Part shown: positions 9,838 through 20,234 of the stretch, in pieces
How the letters are laid out: the number at the start of each line of letters is the position of its first letter
Numbering within the stretch: the first letter of the stretch is position 1
Assembly (NCBI GenBank): GCA_048884965.1
Contig: JBHLQH010000024.1
Coordinates: forward strand, 1 to 47,633
DNA: 47,633 nt
Direction of reading: 5' to 3'
Source of the DNA: Candidatus Thorarchaeota archaeon
GTDB lineage: Archaea > Asgardarchaeota > Thorarchaeia > Thorarchaeales > Thorarchaeaceae
Translations under genes and position numbers: made by a program
The notes under the pieces: generated by a model
The model's input: the letters and a program-made list of their open reading frames with translations, nothing else
Databases searched by the model: none
Told to the model about the DNA's origin: nothing

Positions 9838-11145
9838 TTAGGGATACACTCTAGTGACTGTCCGCGGAAATGGAACACAATCACGTATATGCTCCAGCTC
9901 AAGCATCCAAGAAATCAAGCGATCCATTCCAACGCCAAAACCAGAGTGCACTACACTACCGTATCGTCGGATATCTATGTACCACTTGTACTTCTCAGGA
10001 TCGTCACCAATCCTTCTAAGGTTGTCAAGTATAAGCTCAGCTTGATCCTCACGCTGACTTCCTCCTATGATTTCTCCATAGCCATGCGGAGCTAGAAGAT
10101 CATCGTTCCTATATGTTCGAGGATCATCTGGGTTGTGCTTCATGTAGAAGGACTTGATCTCTTTCGGATAGTACTCGATGAAGAGGAATGTATCTCGATC
10201 TTTCGATAGAATCTCCTCTGCTTCAGTCCGAATGTCCTCACCCCATTCGATTTTCAGTCCTGCTTCTTGGCATACCTCAATGGCCTTGTCATAGGTCATC
10301 CGTTCAAAGGGGGGCTTAATTTTCAGGAGACGTTCAGGATTCACGCCTAGTTCTTCTAGCTCATGAGGGCGGTTCTTGACTACTTCATGGCACATGTAGC
10401 TGATGAGTTCCTCTTGACGCTTCAAGTTGCACTCATGATCACACCATGCTTCTTCAACCTCAAGATGCCAAAATTCCGTGAGGTGCTTACGAGTTCGAGA
10501 CTTCTCTCCCCTAAACGAGGGTGCTAGGATGAACACCTTCTCCATTGCATACAGTTGTGGTTCAAGATGCATCTGACTTGTTTGAGTTAGATAGATTGGT
10601 TTCCCAAAGTAATCTACTTCGAAGAGCTCTGCGCCTTCTTCGCCCATGGTACTCACGAACATTGGAGACGTAGTTTCATAGAATCCTTGTTCTCGAAGGT
10701 ACGCACGCGCTGCACGAAAGACCTCGTCCCTTACTTTCAGAACGTTACTCATCTGGCGAGACCGCATCCATAGGTGTCTATTATCATTTAGGAATTCAAC
10801 GCTCTGATCTTTGGTTATTGGGAAGTCTTCCGCAAAATGCAAGACCTGAATATTAGTAACTTGAACTTCATAACCACCAGCTGCTCTTGAGTCAGCCTTT
10901 ACTTCACCCTCCAACGTCACGAGGGATTCCACTAGCATCTTGCTAGCAGCATCGAATTGCTCTTCGCCTACTGCCGCTTTCTTAATTACCGCTTGAACGA
11001 GTCCTGATGGGTCACGAAGAGTGACAAAGACCATCTTACTCTGAGCTCGAGTCCGATGGACCCACCCACGAAGATGGACAATTTTTCCTTCGTGATGACC
11101 ATCAAGAACGTCACGTATCTTGATGAATTCCATAATAGTCACCAT
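9838..11145 (-). CDS. asnS: Asparagine--tRNA ligase
   Basis: N-terminal OB fold (LRGWVHRTR, FVTLRD), motif 2 FRGEKSRTRKHLTEFW, GEIIGGSQRE, motif 3 HSGFGVGMDR, PFPR. EFW and IIGGSQRE favour AsnRS over AspRS. Confidence 0.92.
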   Translation of the reverse strand: MVTIMEFIKIRDVLDGHHEGKIVHLRGWVHRTRAQSKMVFVTLRDPSGLVQAVIKKAAVGEEQFDAASKMLVESLVTLEGEVKADSRAAGGYEVQVTNIQVLHFAEDFPITKDQSVEFLNDNRHLWMRSRQMSNVLKVRDEVFRAARAYLREQGFYETTSPMFVSTMGEEGAELFEVDYFGKPIYLTQTSQMHLEPQLYAMEKVFILAPSFRGEKSRTRKHLTEFWHLEVEEAWCDHECNLKRQEELISYMCHEVVKNRPHELEELGVNPERLLKIKPPFERMTYDKAIEVCQEAGLKIEWGEDIRTEAEEILSKDRDTFLFIEYYPKEIKSFYMKHNPDDPRTYRNDDLLAPHGYGEIIGGSQREDQAELILDNLRRIGDDPEKYKWYIDIRRYGSVVHSGFGVGMDRLISWMLELEHIRDCVPFPRTVTRVYP

Positions 11146-11193
11146 AATCTCGCAGTCCAGTCAAACATGACTTGGACTATCCCTTCAGGATTT

Positions 11194-11229
11194 TCAAAAA
11201 GATAAAAGGATGACGGCCGATGTCGGCCG
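11194..11229 (-). terminator. GC hairpin plus U-rich tract, putative terminator of the 11249..13153 gene
   Basis: CGGCCGA (11214-11220) pairs with TCGGCCG (11223-11229), followed on the minus strand by TCATCCTTTTATCTTTTT. Confidence 0.55.
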
Positions 11230-11248
11230 CCAAGGAATCTAACCAAAA

Positions 11249-13153
11249 CTAACGGTACTTGACAAACCAGATGAGAACACCAGCAATGATCACAATACCA
11301 GCTAGTGCTCCTACCATCAACAGCATAATACTAGCTGTTGAGATCGAAACAACTACCTGTACGGTTGAACTCGCAGTATTCCCACCTATATCGGTTACAA
11401 CGAGGACGACCTCATGAGTTCCTGCACTCAATCCAGCGAAATCAAACACGATCGTATTAGATGTCCAATCAGCACTAACAATCAATCCGCCATCAACAGA
11501 GATGGTGTATGCATCTTTGAAATCATCTGTGACAGTCCAGTTCCTTACTATTCTTTGATCGCCTTGAGCATAACTGACTGTTGGAGGTTCGTATACGAAA
11601 ATGGGAGCCATATCATCGACCAGAACAGTGACAGTCACTTCATCAGTGACCCAATTTCCGCTTGTGTCATTCACCCATAACGTATAGTTATACACTCCAA
11701 TCGCAAGAATCGAAGAGATCGTATACGAATAGAATGGTTCCTCCTGATTCAGAGAGCCATTTGCCACACTTACTCCGTCTTCGTACAGACTAAAGGAATC
11801 CATGTTAGTTTCAGTGATGTTCCAACGAAGGATCTTTCCGGTTAGGGTATAGTAGAATTCGAGATCTTCAGGTCCGCTGAGGACAGGAGTCACGTTCTCA
11901 TAGACTCGGAGAGAAACGATATCTTCAGCAGTGTTATCGTTAAGATCAGTTGCGACAAGCTTCAACTCGTAAACGCCAATCTTGTATCCAGTCGCATTGA
12001 AGGTAAAGTATGTCTGATTGGTCCATGTCACAGTTGTGTTCAAATCATCATCCACATAGAACCTGAACTCTGCGGGATACTCATCACTAATGTTCCAAGT
12101 CAGTGTAATGTTCGCAGTTCCTACTAGAACCTCTTTATCGCCAGGGGATTCAATAGCGGGAGCACGAAGATCAGTGTTGACTGTGGTGAAATTGTATGAG
12201 TACGAACCCAAGCCAATTGGAGAGCCAAGGTAGGATACTGTCCAATTCACATATGCGACAGGGAGATCCAAGAATCTCACTGTGCCATTTGTAGGAGTGT
12301 ATTGATAATAGAGCTCGGTACCATTCTTGTAAGTAACGTTCACTAATGCTCCTTCAAGAGGAGCAAGGGTAGTTTCATAATAGGTGAATACCTCAAGATC
12401 ATAGTATTCAGGCAGCCCTGCAAATGGACCGATTGTCTGGTGGACTAGGAGAGTTGTGCCATCAGTAGTGAAATTCTCAGCGACAAGCACAGTTCCTGTG
12501 TAGATGCCTGATGCTACAGTCACATAGTAGGTATAATTGCCAATGGGAATATCAGTCACGTTGGCGATTCCATTTGTACCTAGGATGAATTGTGAGTAGA
12601 TGGTGCTGGAATCTCTAGAGTAAATAGTGAAGTTTAATCCTTCCCCAGGAGCGTCATCGATATCAGTGACAGTGACCAAGATATCGTCATCATCATCTTC
12701 CCAATCGAGATTGCCTATCTTGAGGCTTGAGTAGGCCTCAGGTCCATCTGATACCATGCTACCATTCAATGATATTCCTGGTGCGGCTGACCATGTCACA
12801 TTCCACTCAAAAACACCTTGTGGAACATCGTAGAAGATTGCTGAACCATCTCCAACCGTAAGCTTGGAGGCATACTTGGAGCTATCAGTGGTATTGTAGA
12901 GTGTAACATTTGCCTGTGATATCTCGAAGGTACCATTAAAGACATAGAACTCAAAATCATCATCATTGAACAACTGATCATAGTTGATCGTCCTATTCTC
13001 AACAACCAAGTTGGTCGCTGCAACCGCCCTTGGTGAGTCAACTGGTGTTGTGATATAGGTAGTTGAATACTGAACAACAGCCATTGGCATCACAGTACTG
13101 CTTAGTACCAAGAGGGCTAGGAGAAATGTGAAAGTCTTGTGTTTATTGTTCAT
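11249..13153 (-). CDS. Cell-surface glycoprotein with Ig-like beta-sandwich domains and C-terminal TM anchor
   Basis: Signal peptide (MNNKHK plus hydrophobic stretch), many N-x-S/T sequons, repeated Y-x-L-x-x-x-D-x-x-GN Ig-like motifs, C-terminal TM helix followed by KYR. Confidence 0.75.
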   Translation of the reverse strand: MNNKHKTFTFLLALLVLSSTVMPMAVVQYSTTYITTPVDSPRAVAATNLVVENRTINYDQLFNDDDFEFYVFNGTFEISQANVTLYNTTDSSKYASKLTVGDGSAIFYDVPQGVFEWNVTWSAAPGISLNGSMVSDGPEAYSSLKIGNLDWEDDDDDILVTVTDIDDAPGEGLNFTIYSRDSSTIYSQFILGTNGIANVTDIPIGNYTYYVTVASGIYTGTVLVAENFTTDGTTLLVHQTIGPFAGLPEYYDLEVFTYYETTLAPLEGALVNVTYKNGTELYYQYTPTNGTVRFLDLPVAYVNWTVSYLGSPIGLGSYSYNFTTVNTDLRAPAIESPGDKEVLVGTANITLTWNISDEYPAEFRFYVDDDLNTTVTWTNQTYFTFNATGYKIGVYELKLVATDLNDNTAEDIVSLRVYENVTPVLSGPEDLEFYYTLTGKILRWNITETNMDSFSLYEDGVSVANGSLNQEEPFYSYTISSILAIGVYNYTLWVNDTSGNWVTDEVTVTVLVDDMAPIFVYEPPTVSYAQGDQRIVRNWTVTDDFKDAYTISVDGGLIVSADWTSNTIVFDFAGLSAGTHEVVLVVTDIGGNTASSTVQVVVSISTASIMLLMVGALAGIVIIAGVLIWFVKYR

Positions 13154-13289
13154 CCAATGTCACTCTCGTTAGCGTAGACGGACTCTCTAGTGTCATCTCA
13201 CTACTTAGCGGCTCGAAGCCTGCATGAAGCATAAAAGGGTTTTCATAGACTTAGTGTTGTATCAGCGCATGGGAGAATGGCAAATTGAG

Positions 13290-14123
13290 TTACACCCTTT
13301 CGTTCACCCAACTTATCATATCAGCAAGAACCTGCTCCCCACCTTCATCCTCGAAAGGTTCGTGGTAGAGTCCCTCATATAACTTCCAAGTCTTATCTTT
13401 TGATGAGATCCTATCAAAAAACTTCTTATTCTCCTCAGGAATGAGAATCATATCCTCGCCAGTCTGCAGCACTATGATTGGAAGCGTGATATCCTCAGCC
13501 CTATTGAAAATCTTCTCTCGCATTCCTAGACCTTCCATAGCAAAGCGAGGAGTCGCTTTGTCGAACCGTAGTGGGTCTTCCTTGTTTCGCTTCACTACCT
13601 CAGGATTGCGAGCAATGAGGTCAAGATCCAATCCTGTATCAAAATACTGCTTGACATTCAACTTCGACAAGCCTTTTGCAATCGTCCTTGTTGCTGCACT
13701 TATCTTAAGTCGTTCAGATACAGCTGGACATGGAGTGATAAGACCATCAATTCCATCTGAATGCGTTAGAGTATATTGGTACGCCCAGAGGCTACCAAGC
13801 GAATGACCGTACATGAAGAACTTGTCATCCGGGTGAGAAAGCTTGAGATAAGAAATCAACGAGTCCAAATCTTGAACATATTCATCAAAACTATCAACAT
13901 GGCCCTTGGTACCTGTAAACTTGCCAAAACCTCTCATATCAGGAGCATAGAACAGAAAACCATTCTTCGCAAAGTATTCACCAACATAGGATATCGTTCC
14001 ACTATGTGCTCCAAGTCCATGAAGCCCTAGAACAATTGCTTTGTGCTTGGAATCAGGTGTCCAAATTCTCATGAACATTTGAGTTCCATCATATCCTAGA
14101 TATTCTCCTTCTTCATATGTCAT
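13290..14123 (-). CDS. Alpha/beta hydrolase, lysophospholipase/monoglyceride lipase family
   Basis: HGLGAH, DMRGFG, nucleophile elbow GHSLG, catalytic Asp (GED) and His (LYHE). Confidence 0.88.
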   Translation of the reverse strand: MTYEEGEYLGYDGTQMFMRIWTPDSKHKAIVLGLHGLGAHSGTISYVGEYFAKNGFLFYAPDMRGFGKFTGTKGHVDSFDEYVQDLDSLISYLKLSHPDDKFFMYGHSLGSLWAYQYTLTHSDGIDGLITPCPAVSERLKISAATRTIAKGLSKLNVKQYFDTGLDLDLIARNPEVVKRNKEDPLRFDKATPRFAMEGLGMREKIFNRAEDITLPIIVLQTGEDMILIPEENKKFFDRISSKDKTWKLYEGLYHEPFEDEGGEQVLADMISWVNERV

Positions 14124-14380
14124 TGAATACCACGCTCTTTGGGATTATCTTCTAAGAGTACTCTTACTTTTGTGGTTATTGGTGGATTGCTTTCATAACT
14201 CTATGCATTTCTATATCGGGGATATTGGCAGCAATTCATTACAGATACAGAACACCAAAGGAAGGCACAACGATTCTAATCTCTAGAATTATATTCTTTC
14301 ATGTTGAAATTTAGTTGCAGATATTTTCGTAATATCAGCTGGGCAGTAACAGGTTGCAGCGTCGTTGGAGAAATGATAGT

Positions 14381-17300
14381 ATGAAAAGACAGGTGTCACT
14401 ATTTGTAATAGTAATGATTCTCGCACAGGTTGTAGTAATCGTTACACCACCTATGCAAGAGAGGTATATTGAGCAATCCAGAACACAGTCAAACTATGTG
14501 GCTTTGTATGATCCCTCAGATCCAACATCAGTTAAGGCACACAATCACTTTCTGAAGCTTGTGAGTACAAGCGGTCTAGAACTCCAATCCTTGGCTGTAA
14601 GTAGAGCTACGAATCTAATCCAGCTCTTGGATTCATCGACTGCAGATGTGTACATGTACTTCTTCCATGGCTCATCTGAAGGACTAAACATCAACGGGGA
14701 GGAAGTTGATTGGAGTGAACTTGCAATGCATATTGAAGGAGCAAATGTGGGCAGCCACTTCTTCGCAAGTTGCTATTCCTCCATACTTGAGGGAGTGACC
14801 CATAAGAACGTGAGGGGATTCGAGGGCACAGTAGACTACATGATTGGAAGTGCGACAGTTGCCATCTTCTTGAAGAGAATCTTATCGAATCCGGAACAAG
14901 TAGAGGCCCTAAATGAAAAGATAACGCATGAAATCAAATCAGCAACAAATGAATACACACAACGTCTGTTAAATCCGATTGAACCACTTGAAGCTTTGAG
15001 TTTCAGAAATCATCTGTGTGATCTAATCTCAGCAGCTACTACAACATATACACTCTATAATATCATCCAAGAAATCATTGAAGCATGGGGAGATATGGCA
15101 GATGGAGGATCCAAAATAGAGTTCCTTTTGCAAATCTTGAAAATACTGGGAATTAATTTTGATGGAGAGGACAGGCCTCAAGGTCTTTATGATTATACTT
15201 GGGAGATGGAGTTTCAAGATGCCTTAAGTCATGGAAAGGTTGCGATGGGCTTATGGGTTGGAGTGGTTGAGCATGCATACTACGAAAATGATTTGCCATT
15301 TGACATATATGCCCGAACGATTCAGGTTCAATTTTGGGTTGAAGCTTCAGTCTATAGAACCTTCTTCACTCCTACAGCACCACCAATCCCAATAGAATTC
15401 GAATACAATACTCAAGGACACCTCTACATCGAATTCCTACTTGATTACTTGGCATCAAATGCAACGAATCCTGATGCAATTATTGATAGCAGCTACAATG
15501 GACTCCTGTTCCGATCAACCGAAGGAAGCCCCACTTCTGGTACTGAGCAATTGTTGGGATATGCAGCAGTTCCTGGACCATACGGTGAAAGAATTATAGA
15601 GGCATGGTTTGGTTGTCCCGCTTTGGGAATTCCATTACCTTTACGAATCTACGGTGACCAACACGCAGGAGTAAGTGGCTCTGTTACTCTAAGTCTAGAT
15701 AGAATACATTCAACAATTCCGAAACTAGAACTACCATTGAAGATAGGTGCTGATCTATGGGGTATCTATACTCTAGCAGATTCTGGTGTTCGTTTCACTG
15801 CAACTTTTTCACCATGGGCGAAATTCGGAATTGACACTACCGTCAACACAACTATTGTGAAGATAGATGTTAATGCTTGGGTGAAAGTGAGCATTCCAAT
15901 GGAAACATCACTTGTATGGGATGATGTGGGGATGTGGTTTGATTATCTCTATATCTTCTATCCGGTCATGGAAGTTCAGGTCAATGCAGCATTTGAATGG
16001 ATTCCGGAATTGTCATTTCTGGATGGAAACTTGACATTGTTGGATCTGACAGGACCAAACGCTCTGTTTTTTGGATCGGATACATTCGTGAATGAGGATA
16101 GATCTACAATCGCGAACCCGGCGTTCTATTTTGACGGAACTGATGCTACAGCTTTGCAGATACCACTGAATAATGTAATTGATCTTTCATTTCTTGCATC
16201 GACGATATCTCAAAGTATAGTCGGAGGTACCGTATCAAAGGTAGACGGAAGTGTCATGGATAGAACTGCACCCGGAATTGAATTTATCACAGCGAATGAT
16301 GCTGGTGATGATGTGAGCTGGGCTCAGCCAAATCAAGACTATGAGAGCTATGGAAATGGGCCAGTTATCAACTTCATTACATCAATACTCGACCCACTTG
16401 GAGAAGCAATAGATGGATTGATCAATCCTGGAGAGTACAATGATGTTAATTCAATCAACTGTTCAGTGGTCTATCAAAACCCTATTGCACTTTCAGGAGA
16501 TAACGCAACATTGGACCTGTACACATTTGATCCTCATGAAGGACTGAATGTTGACAGTGAAGTAACAAGTGTTCTAGTAGGAATCGATCATGATCCAACA
16601 TTCTACAGCTATAATTCTACGGAAGAGAATTACGAGATTCAGTTAGACTACTACTATGATAATCATCTCACCGGTGAAGTTGCATACAGAGTGTTTACTG
16701 CAGGAAAATCAAATGCAGTTTATTTCCAACTGCAATTATCGTACAGACTTGCGCTCGGTTCATGGATAGCTTTCTATGACAGCTCGGATCATCTAGTTGG
16801 AACTCTAAGAGGTTCTAGCGGTTGGAACAAATCTATATCTATACAATCACCAAGCGCAATTGGAAGCATTCTCAAGATGAGTGTTTACGTTGGTGAAACC
16901 ATTGATGGAGTGCCGATACCAGATGAGTGCTTTGTTAGAGTCGAAAGTGGGGAATGTTACTATGGTAATTTCTGGGACTCCAAGGATAGTGATAGCTCGG
17001 TCACAGGCTTCATAGAGAAAGATCAGGAGAATGAGTACCCTGATGGATATGGATTAGGGCCTTTCATCCCAGATCATGGTCACATCGCGAGATGGACAGT
17101 GCATATGGATCTTATGCAAAGGATGACACAGGGAGCTCTAGAGCCAGGTTGGCATAAATTCTATGCAATTGCGCGGGATTCTAGTGGATTGCTAGGAACC
17201 ACCATCAAATGGTTCTATTTAACCTGCCCAGAAGATACCTATGCGCCGGATTTGATTGATGTTTCGCCAGCTCTTCATACTGGTACTGAGGATTATCATA

Positions 17301-20185
17301 AAGGCATCAATACAGATACAACCCTTACTTGGACATTGACAGAAGCAACCAGTGTGATAACATATGACTTTGAGTACACACCATTCCAGAGGACATACGA
17401 CCTGAGTAGTGGATTTGATGCTGATTATGGTAGTAACATTCGAATCTCAAGAACATATAGTCATATATTGAACACCCATGGGTCGGGAATCTCAACTAGA
17501 TATACCTACAAATTCCCCAGCGGTAGTGGCTATACTATGCCTCCTGATTCCAATGCGGCAATCACTCTTGATTTCAAACCACTCTCCACAGATTGGCGTA
17601 TCAAGGTGAGAGTAGTTCTGGATGATGGTTTAGATACGGCATATACGATTTCCTATGAACCCCAATATTCAGGGATTAGCATTCAAGATAATGTTGTAAC
17701 TGTCGGTGCTAGCTTCATCTTCAGCAATCAGTGGAACACCGCACATCTAAATCCAAAACGAATACTTAGAATGTTCATTCCAGCTGTCGATATTGCCGAG
17801 ATACCCTATCTCGTTTTTCGCGGTGATGTAATGGTTGACAATATCAAAGTCGATAATGTTCTCTTGGAGGACTTTGAGGATGGAGATACTGCAAATTGGA
17901 TTATGGGCGATGTGGTACCCCCTGATGCATATATGGTCAATGAAGTTGATTGGACAAAGCCCCATCTATTGAATGAGATGCAACTCAGTCATGTATCCTC
18001 TTCGGGAAATGACTATACCTATGAACTACCTATTGCAGTCAGTGAGTATCTGAGTGGTCAACTTGAGTGTGAGCTCATCTTTGAGATACGAGCTCGAGAT
18101 TTTGGAGGGAATATTCAATCAACGACCTACTGGCTATTGCTATATGTTGATCTACTTACTGAGTTCTCATTCGTCGAGCCAGATACATCTCAGTATGCGA
18201 TTCCGGTTGATTCGTACTTGCCAATCGAGGTATCTGCAAGTGATGGAAATGGTTTGGAAAACATAGATTTCCGAATCATTGGCTATACATCATACTCCGA
18301 TATGCAGTATGATGGAGGAACAGGACACTATCTTGCCTCATGGGATACTACTAATCTTGATGATGGGTTGTATACAATTCAAGTAATTACAATGGACAAG
18401 TTTGGGAATGAGAATTCCTACCTTCTCAATGTCCATATCTATCATCCAATTGATGCAACGATCATGTTCCTACAACCGGGAGTAGGAGCAATAGTGAGCG
18501 GCAATAGTGTCACTGTCAAGGTATCAGCTATTGATGAGAACATCCTCGTACTCTGTCAGTATAGCATTGATTTAGTGAACTATGTGGATATGACTATCGA
18601 GTATGGTCCTGATGGCATAGTATGGTATAGAGCTTCATGGGATACGACAGGACTGACGGATGGATCATATGATATAACCATTCGAACCACAGATCATTAT
18701 GGAGATCATACCTACAAAACTCGAAGTGTCTACATTAACAATCCTGTGGATGCTATTCTCACATGGTATAGTCCTCAGGACCATGAAGTTGTTTCAGGAT
18801 CGGTTCTGATTAAAGTGACCGCAAGTGATGCCAATTATCTAACTCAGGTCAGATATCGCATCGATGATGGCTCTTTCGAAACGATGGCATTAGACAATGG
18901 ATACTATGTCGCAGATTGGAATAGTGATACAGCAGAAAATGATGTCTTTCATGACATATTCATTGAAACCACAGATTTCTGCGGAGGTGTCACGCTTTTC
19001 TGCAGAACAGTAAAAGTGCATAGAGACGTTGAGGCTACTATCCTTATCAGAACTCCATCTGCAGGAGTTGATGTATCCGGTAATGTACTGATAAAGGTAG
19101 AAGCAGATGATGAAAATGGTCTTACTGCTGTACAATATTCCATAGATGGAACAAACTATGTCTACATGGATATGCAGTATGGTCCAGATGGCGTTGTGCA
19201 GTATGTGAAATATTGGGATACGACTGTAAAGACTGATGGATGGTACACAATCACCATTCGAACAACTGATTCTTGGGGTGAACATAGCTACAGGACGCGT
19301 GATGTATATGCCACCAATCCTAAACCAGCAATACTCACTTGGTACACCCCTTCATCAGGACAAGTTGTCAGTGGCACAATACAGATCAAGGTCACAGCTT
19401 CGGATCCGAATGTCTTGAGTACGGTTCGATATAGTATCGATGGCGTGGGCAGTTATAGTATGACTCTGAGTGGAGGATACTATATTGCTAATTGGAACAC
19501 AGATTCTGCAACTAATGACCAGAATCATGAGATTCGAATCACAACCACGGATATCAAAGGTGGCACTAACACCTTCTCAAGAACAGTTCATGTGCATAGA
19601 TCGTATAGTGCTTCACTTACGTGGAGCAATCCCACATCAGGAGCGACTATAACTCGAACCATAACCATCAGTGTTTCAGCAAGTGATCCAAATGGTCTTG
19701 ATCAGGTCAAATGGAAGGTCGATGGTGGAGCCTTATCTAGCATGAGCTATAGTAATGGTTACTATATCGCAACGTGGAATACACTGACCAGCTATGACAA
19801 CCATTGTGGGTTGCATTCTCTAGCCGTGCGAACTATCGACGACTATGGCGAATGGAACGAGTTCTCAATCACCATAACCATTGACAATATCCATGATGTG
19901 GGTTCGGTTTCAATCCTATCTCCGACAGCAGGTAGCACAGTCAGAGGACCAATAGTTGCCATTCGTGCTTCCGCATCAGATCCAGATGGCATTTCTCAAG
20001 TTCAATGGAAGGTCGATAGCTCTGGTTGGACTACAATGAATTTAGTTAGTGGCTCTTACTGGGGCAATTGGGACATTACTGGCTACTCGGTTGGATGGCA
20101 TGTGATCTATGTAAGGCTGACCGATGAATTTGGCGATACGGTTACGGCATCAATCTCAGTTAAGATTGGGACTAGCAGAATATAG
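14381..20185 (+). CDS. Giant secreted multidomain protein: N-terminal caspase/CHAT-like domain, beta-rich core, seven C-terminal Ig-like repeats
   Basis: ORF 14354..20185. ATG 14381 gives signal peptide MKRQVSLFVIVMILAQ. FFHG...FFASCYS motif near the N-terminus; about 95-aa repeats (V-x-ASD-x-NG...Y...WDTT...DG-x-Y-x-I-x-I-x-TTD) at the C-terminus; no C-terminal TM. Confidence 0.75.
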   Translation: MKRQVSLFVIVMILAQVVVIVTPPMQERYIEQSRTQSNYVALYDPSDPTSVKAHNHFLKLVSTSGLELQSLAVSRATNLIQLLDSSTADVYMYFFHGSSEGLNINGEEVDWSELAMHIEGANVGSHFFASCYSSILEGVTHKNVRGFEGTVDYMIGSATVAIFLKRILSNPEQVEALNEKITHEIKSATNEYTQRLLNPIEPLEALSFRNHLCDLISAATTTYTLYNIIQEIIEAWGDMADGGSKIEFLLQILKILGINFDGEDRPQGLYDYTWEMEFQDALSHGKVAMGLWVGVVEHAYYENDLPFDIYARTIQVQFWVEASVYRTFFTPTAPPIPIEFEYNTQGHLYIEFLLDYLASNATNPDAIIDSSYNGLLFRSTEGSPTSGTEQLLGYAAVPGPYGERIIEAWFGCPALGIPLPLRIYGDQHAGVSGSVTLSLDRIHSTIPKLELPLKIGADLWGIYTLADSGVRFTATFSPWAKFGIDTTVNTTIVKIDVNAWVKVSIPMETSLVWDDVGMWFDYLYIFYPVMEVQVNAAFEWIPELSFLDGNLTLLDLTGPNALFFGSDTFVNEDRSTIANPAFYFDGTDATALQIPLNNVIDLSFLASTISQSIVGGTVSKVDGSVMDRTAPGIEFITANDAGDDVSWAQPNQDYESYGNGPVINFITSILDPLGEAIDGLINPGEYNDVNSINCSVVYQNPIALSGDNATLDLYTFDPHEGLNVDSEVTSVLVGIDHDPTFYSYNSTEENYEIQLDYYYDNHLTGEVAYRVFTAGKSNAVYFQLQLSYRLALGSWIAFYDSSDHLVGTLRGSSGWNKSISIQSPSAIGSILKMSVYVGETIDGVPIPDECFVRVESGECYYGNFWDSKDSDSSVTGFIEKDQENEYPDGYGLGPFIPDHGHIARWTVHMDLMQRMTQGALEPGWHKFYAIARDSSGLLGTTIKWFYLTCPEDTYAPDLIDVSPALHTGTEDYHKGINTDTTLTWTLTEATSVITYDFEYTPFQRTYDLSSGFDADYGSNIRISRTYSHILNTHGSGISTRYTYKFPSGSGYTMPPDSNAAITLDFKPLSTDWRIKVRVVLDDGLDTAYTISYEPQYSGISIQDNVVTVGASFIFSNQWNTAHLNPKRILRMFIPAVDIAEIPYLVFRGDVMVDNIKVDNVLLEDFEDGDTANWIMGDVVPPDAYMVNEVDWTKPHLLNEMQLSHVSSSGNDYTYELPIAVSEYLSGQLECELIFEIRARDFGGNIQSTTYWLLLYVDLLTEFSFVEPDTSQYAIPVDSYLPIEVSASDGNGLENIDFRIIGYTSYSDMQYDGGTGHYLASWDTTNLDDGLYTIQVITMDKFGNENSYLLNVHIYHPIDATIMFLQPGVGAIVSGNSVTVKVSAIDENILVLCQYSIDLVNYVDMTIEYGPDGIVWYRASWDTTGLTDGSYDITIRTTDHYGDHTYKTRSVYINNPVDAILTWYSPQDHEVVSGSVLIKVTASDANYLTQVRYRIDDGSFETMALDNGYYVADWNSDTAENDVFHDIFIETTDFCGGVTLFCRTVKVHRDVEATILIRTPSAGVDVSGNVLIKVEADDENGLTAVQYSIDGTNYVYMDMQYGPDGVVQYVKYWDTTVKTDGWYTITIRTTDSWGEHSYRTRDVYATNPKPAILTWYTPSSGQVVSGTIQIKVTASDPNVLSTVRYSIDGVGSYSMTLSGGYYIANWNTDSATNDQNHEIRITTTDIKGGTNTFSRTVHVHRSYSASLTWSNPTSGATITRTITISVSASDPNGLDQVKWKVDGGALSSMSYSNGYYIATWNTLTSYDNHCGLHSLAVRTIDDYGEWNEFSITITIDNIHDVGSVSILSPTAGSTVRGPIVAIRASASDPDGISQVQWKVDSSGWTTMNLVSGSYWGNWDITGYSVGWHVIYVRLTDEFGDTVTASISVKIGTSRI
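18161..20182 (+). repeat. Seven tandem Ig-like domain repeats (about 95-98 aa) within the giant protein
   Basis: Repeats 2 and 4 share a YGPDG insert. Repeats 3 and 5 share AILTWY and end in V-x-VHR. This indicates duplication of a two-domain unit. Confidence 0.75.
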
Positions 20186-20195
20186 CTGTCCCAAT

Positions 20196-20216
20196 CCTCC
20201 CTTTTTATTTGGGAGG
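20196..20216. terminator. Hairpin with T-rich loop between convergent genes
   Basis: CCTCCC (20196-20201), TTTTTATTT, GGGAGG (20211-20216). Confidence 0.4.
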
Positions 20217-20234
20217 TCGTTGTGAGAAAGCATA

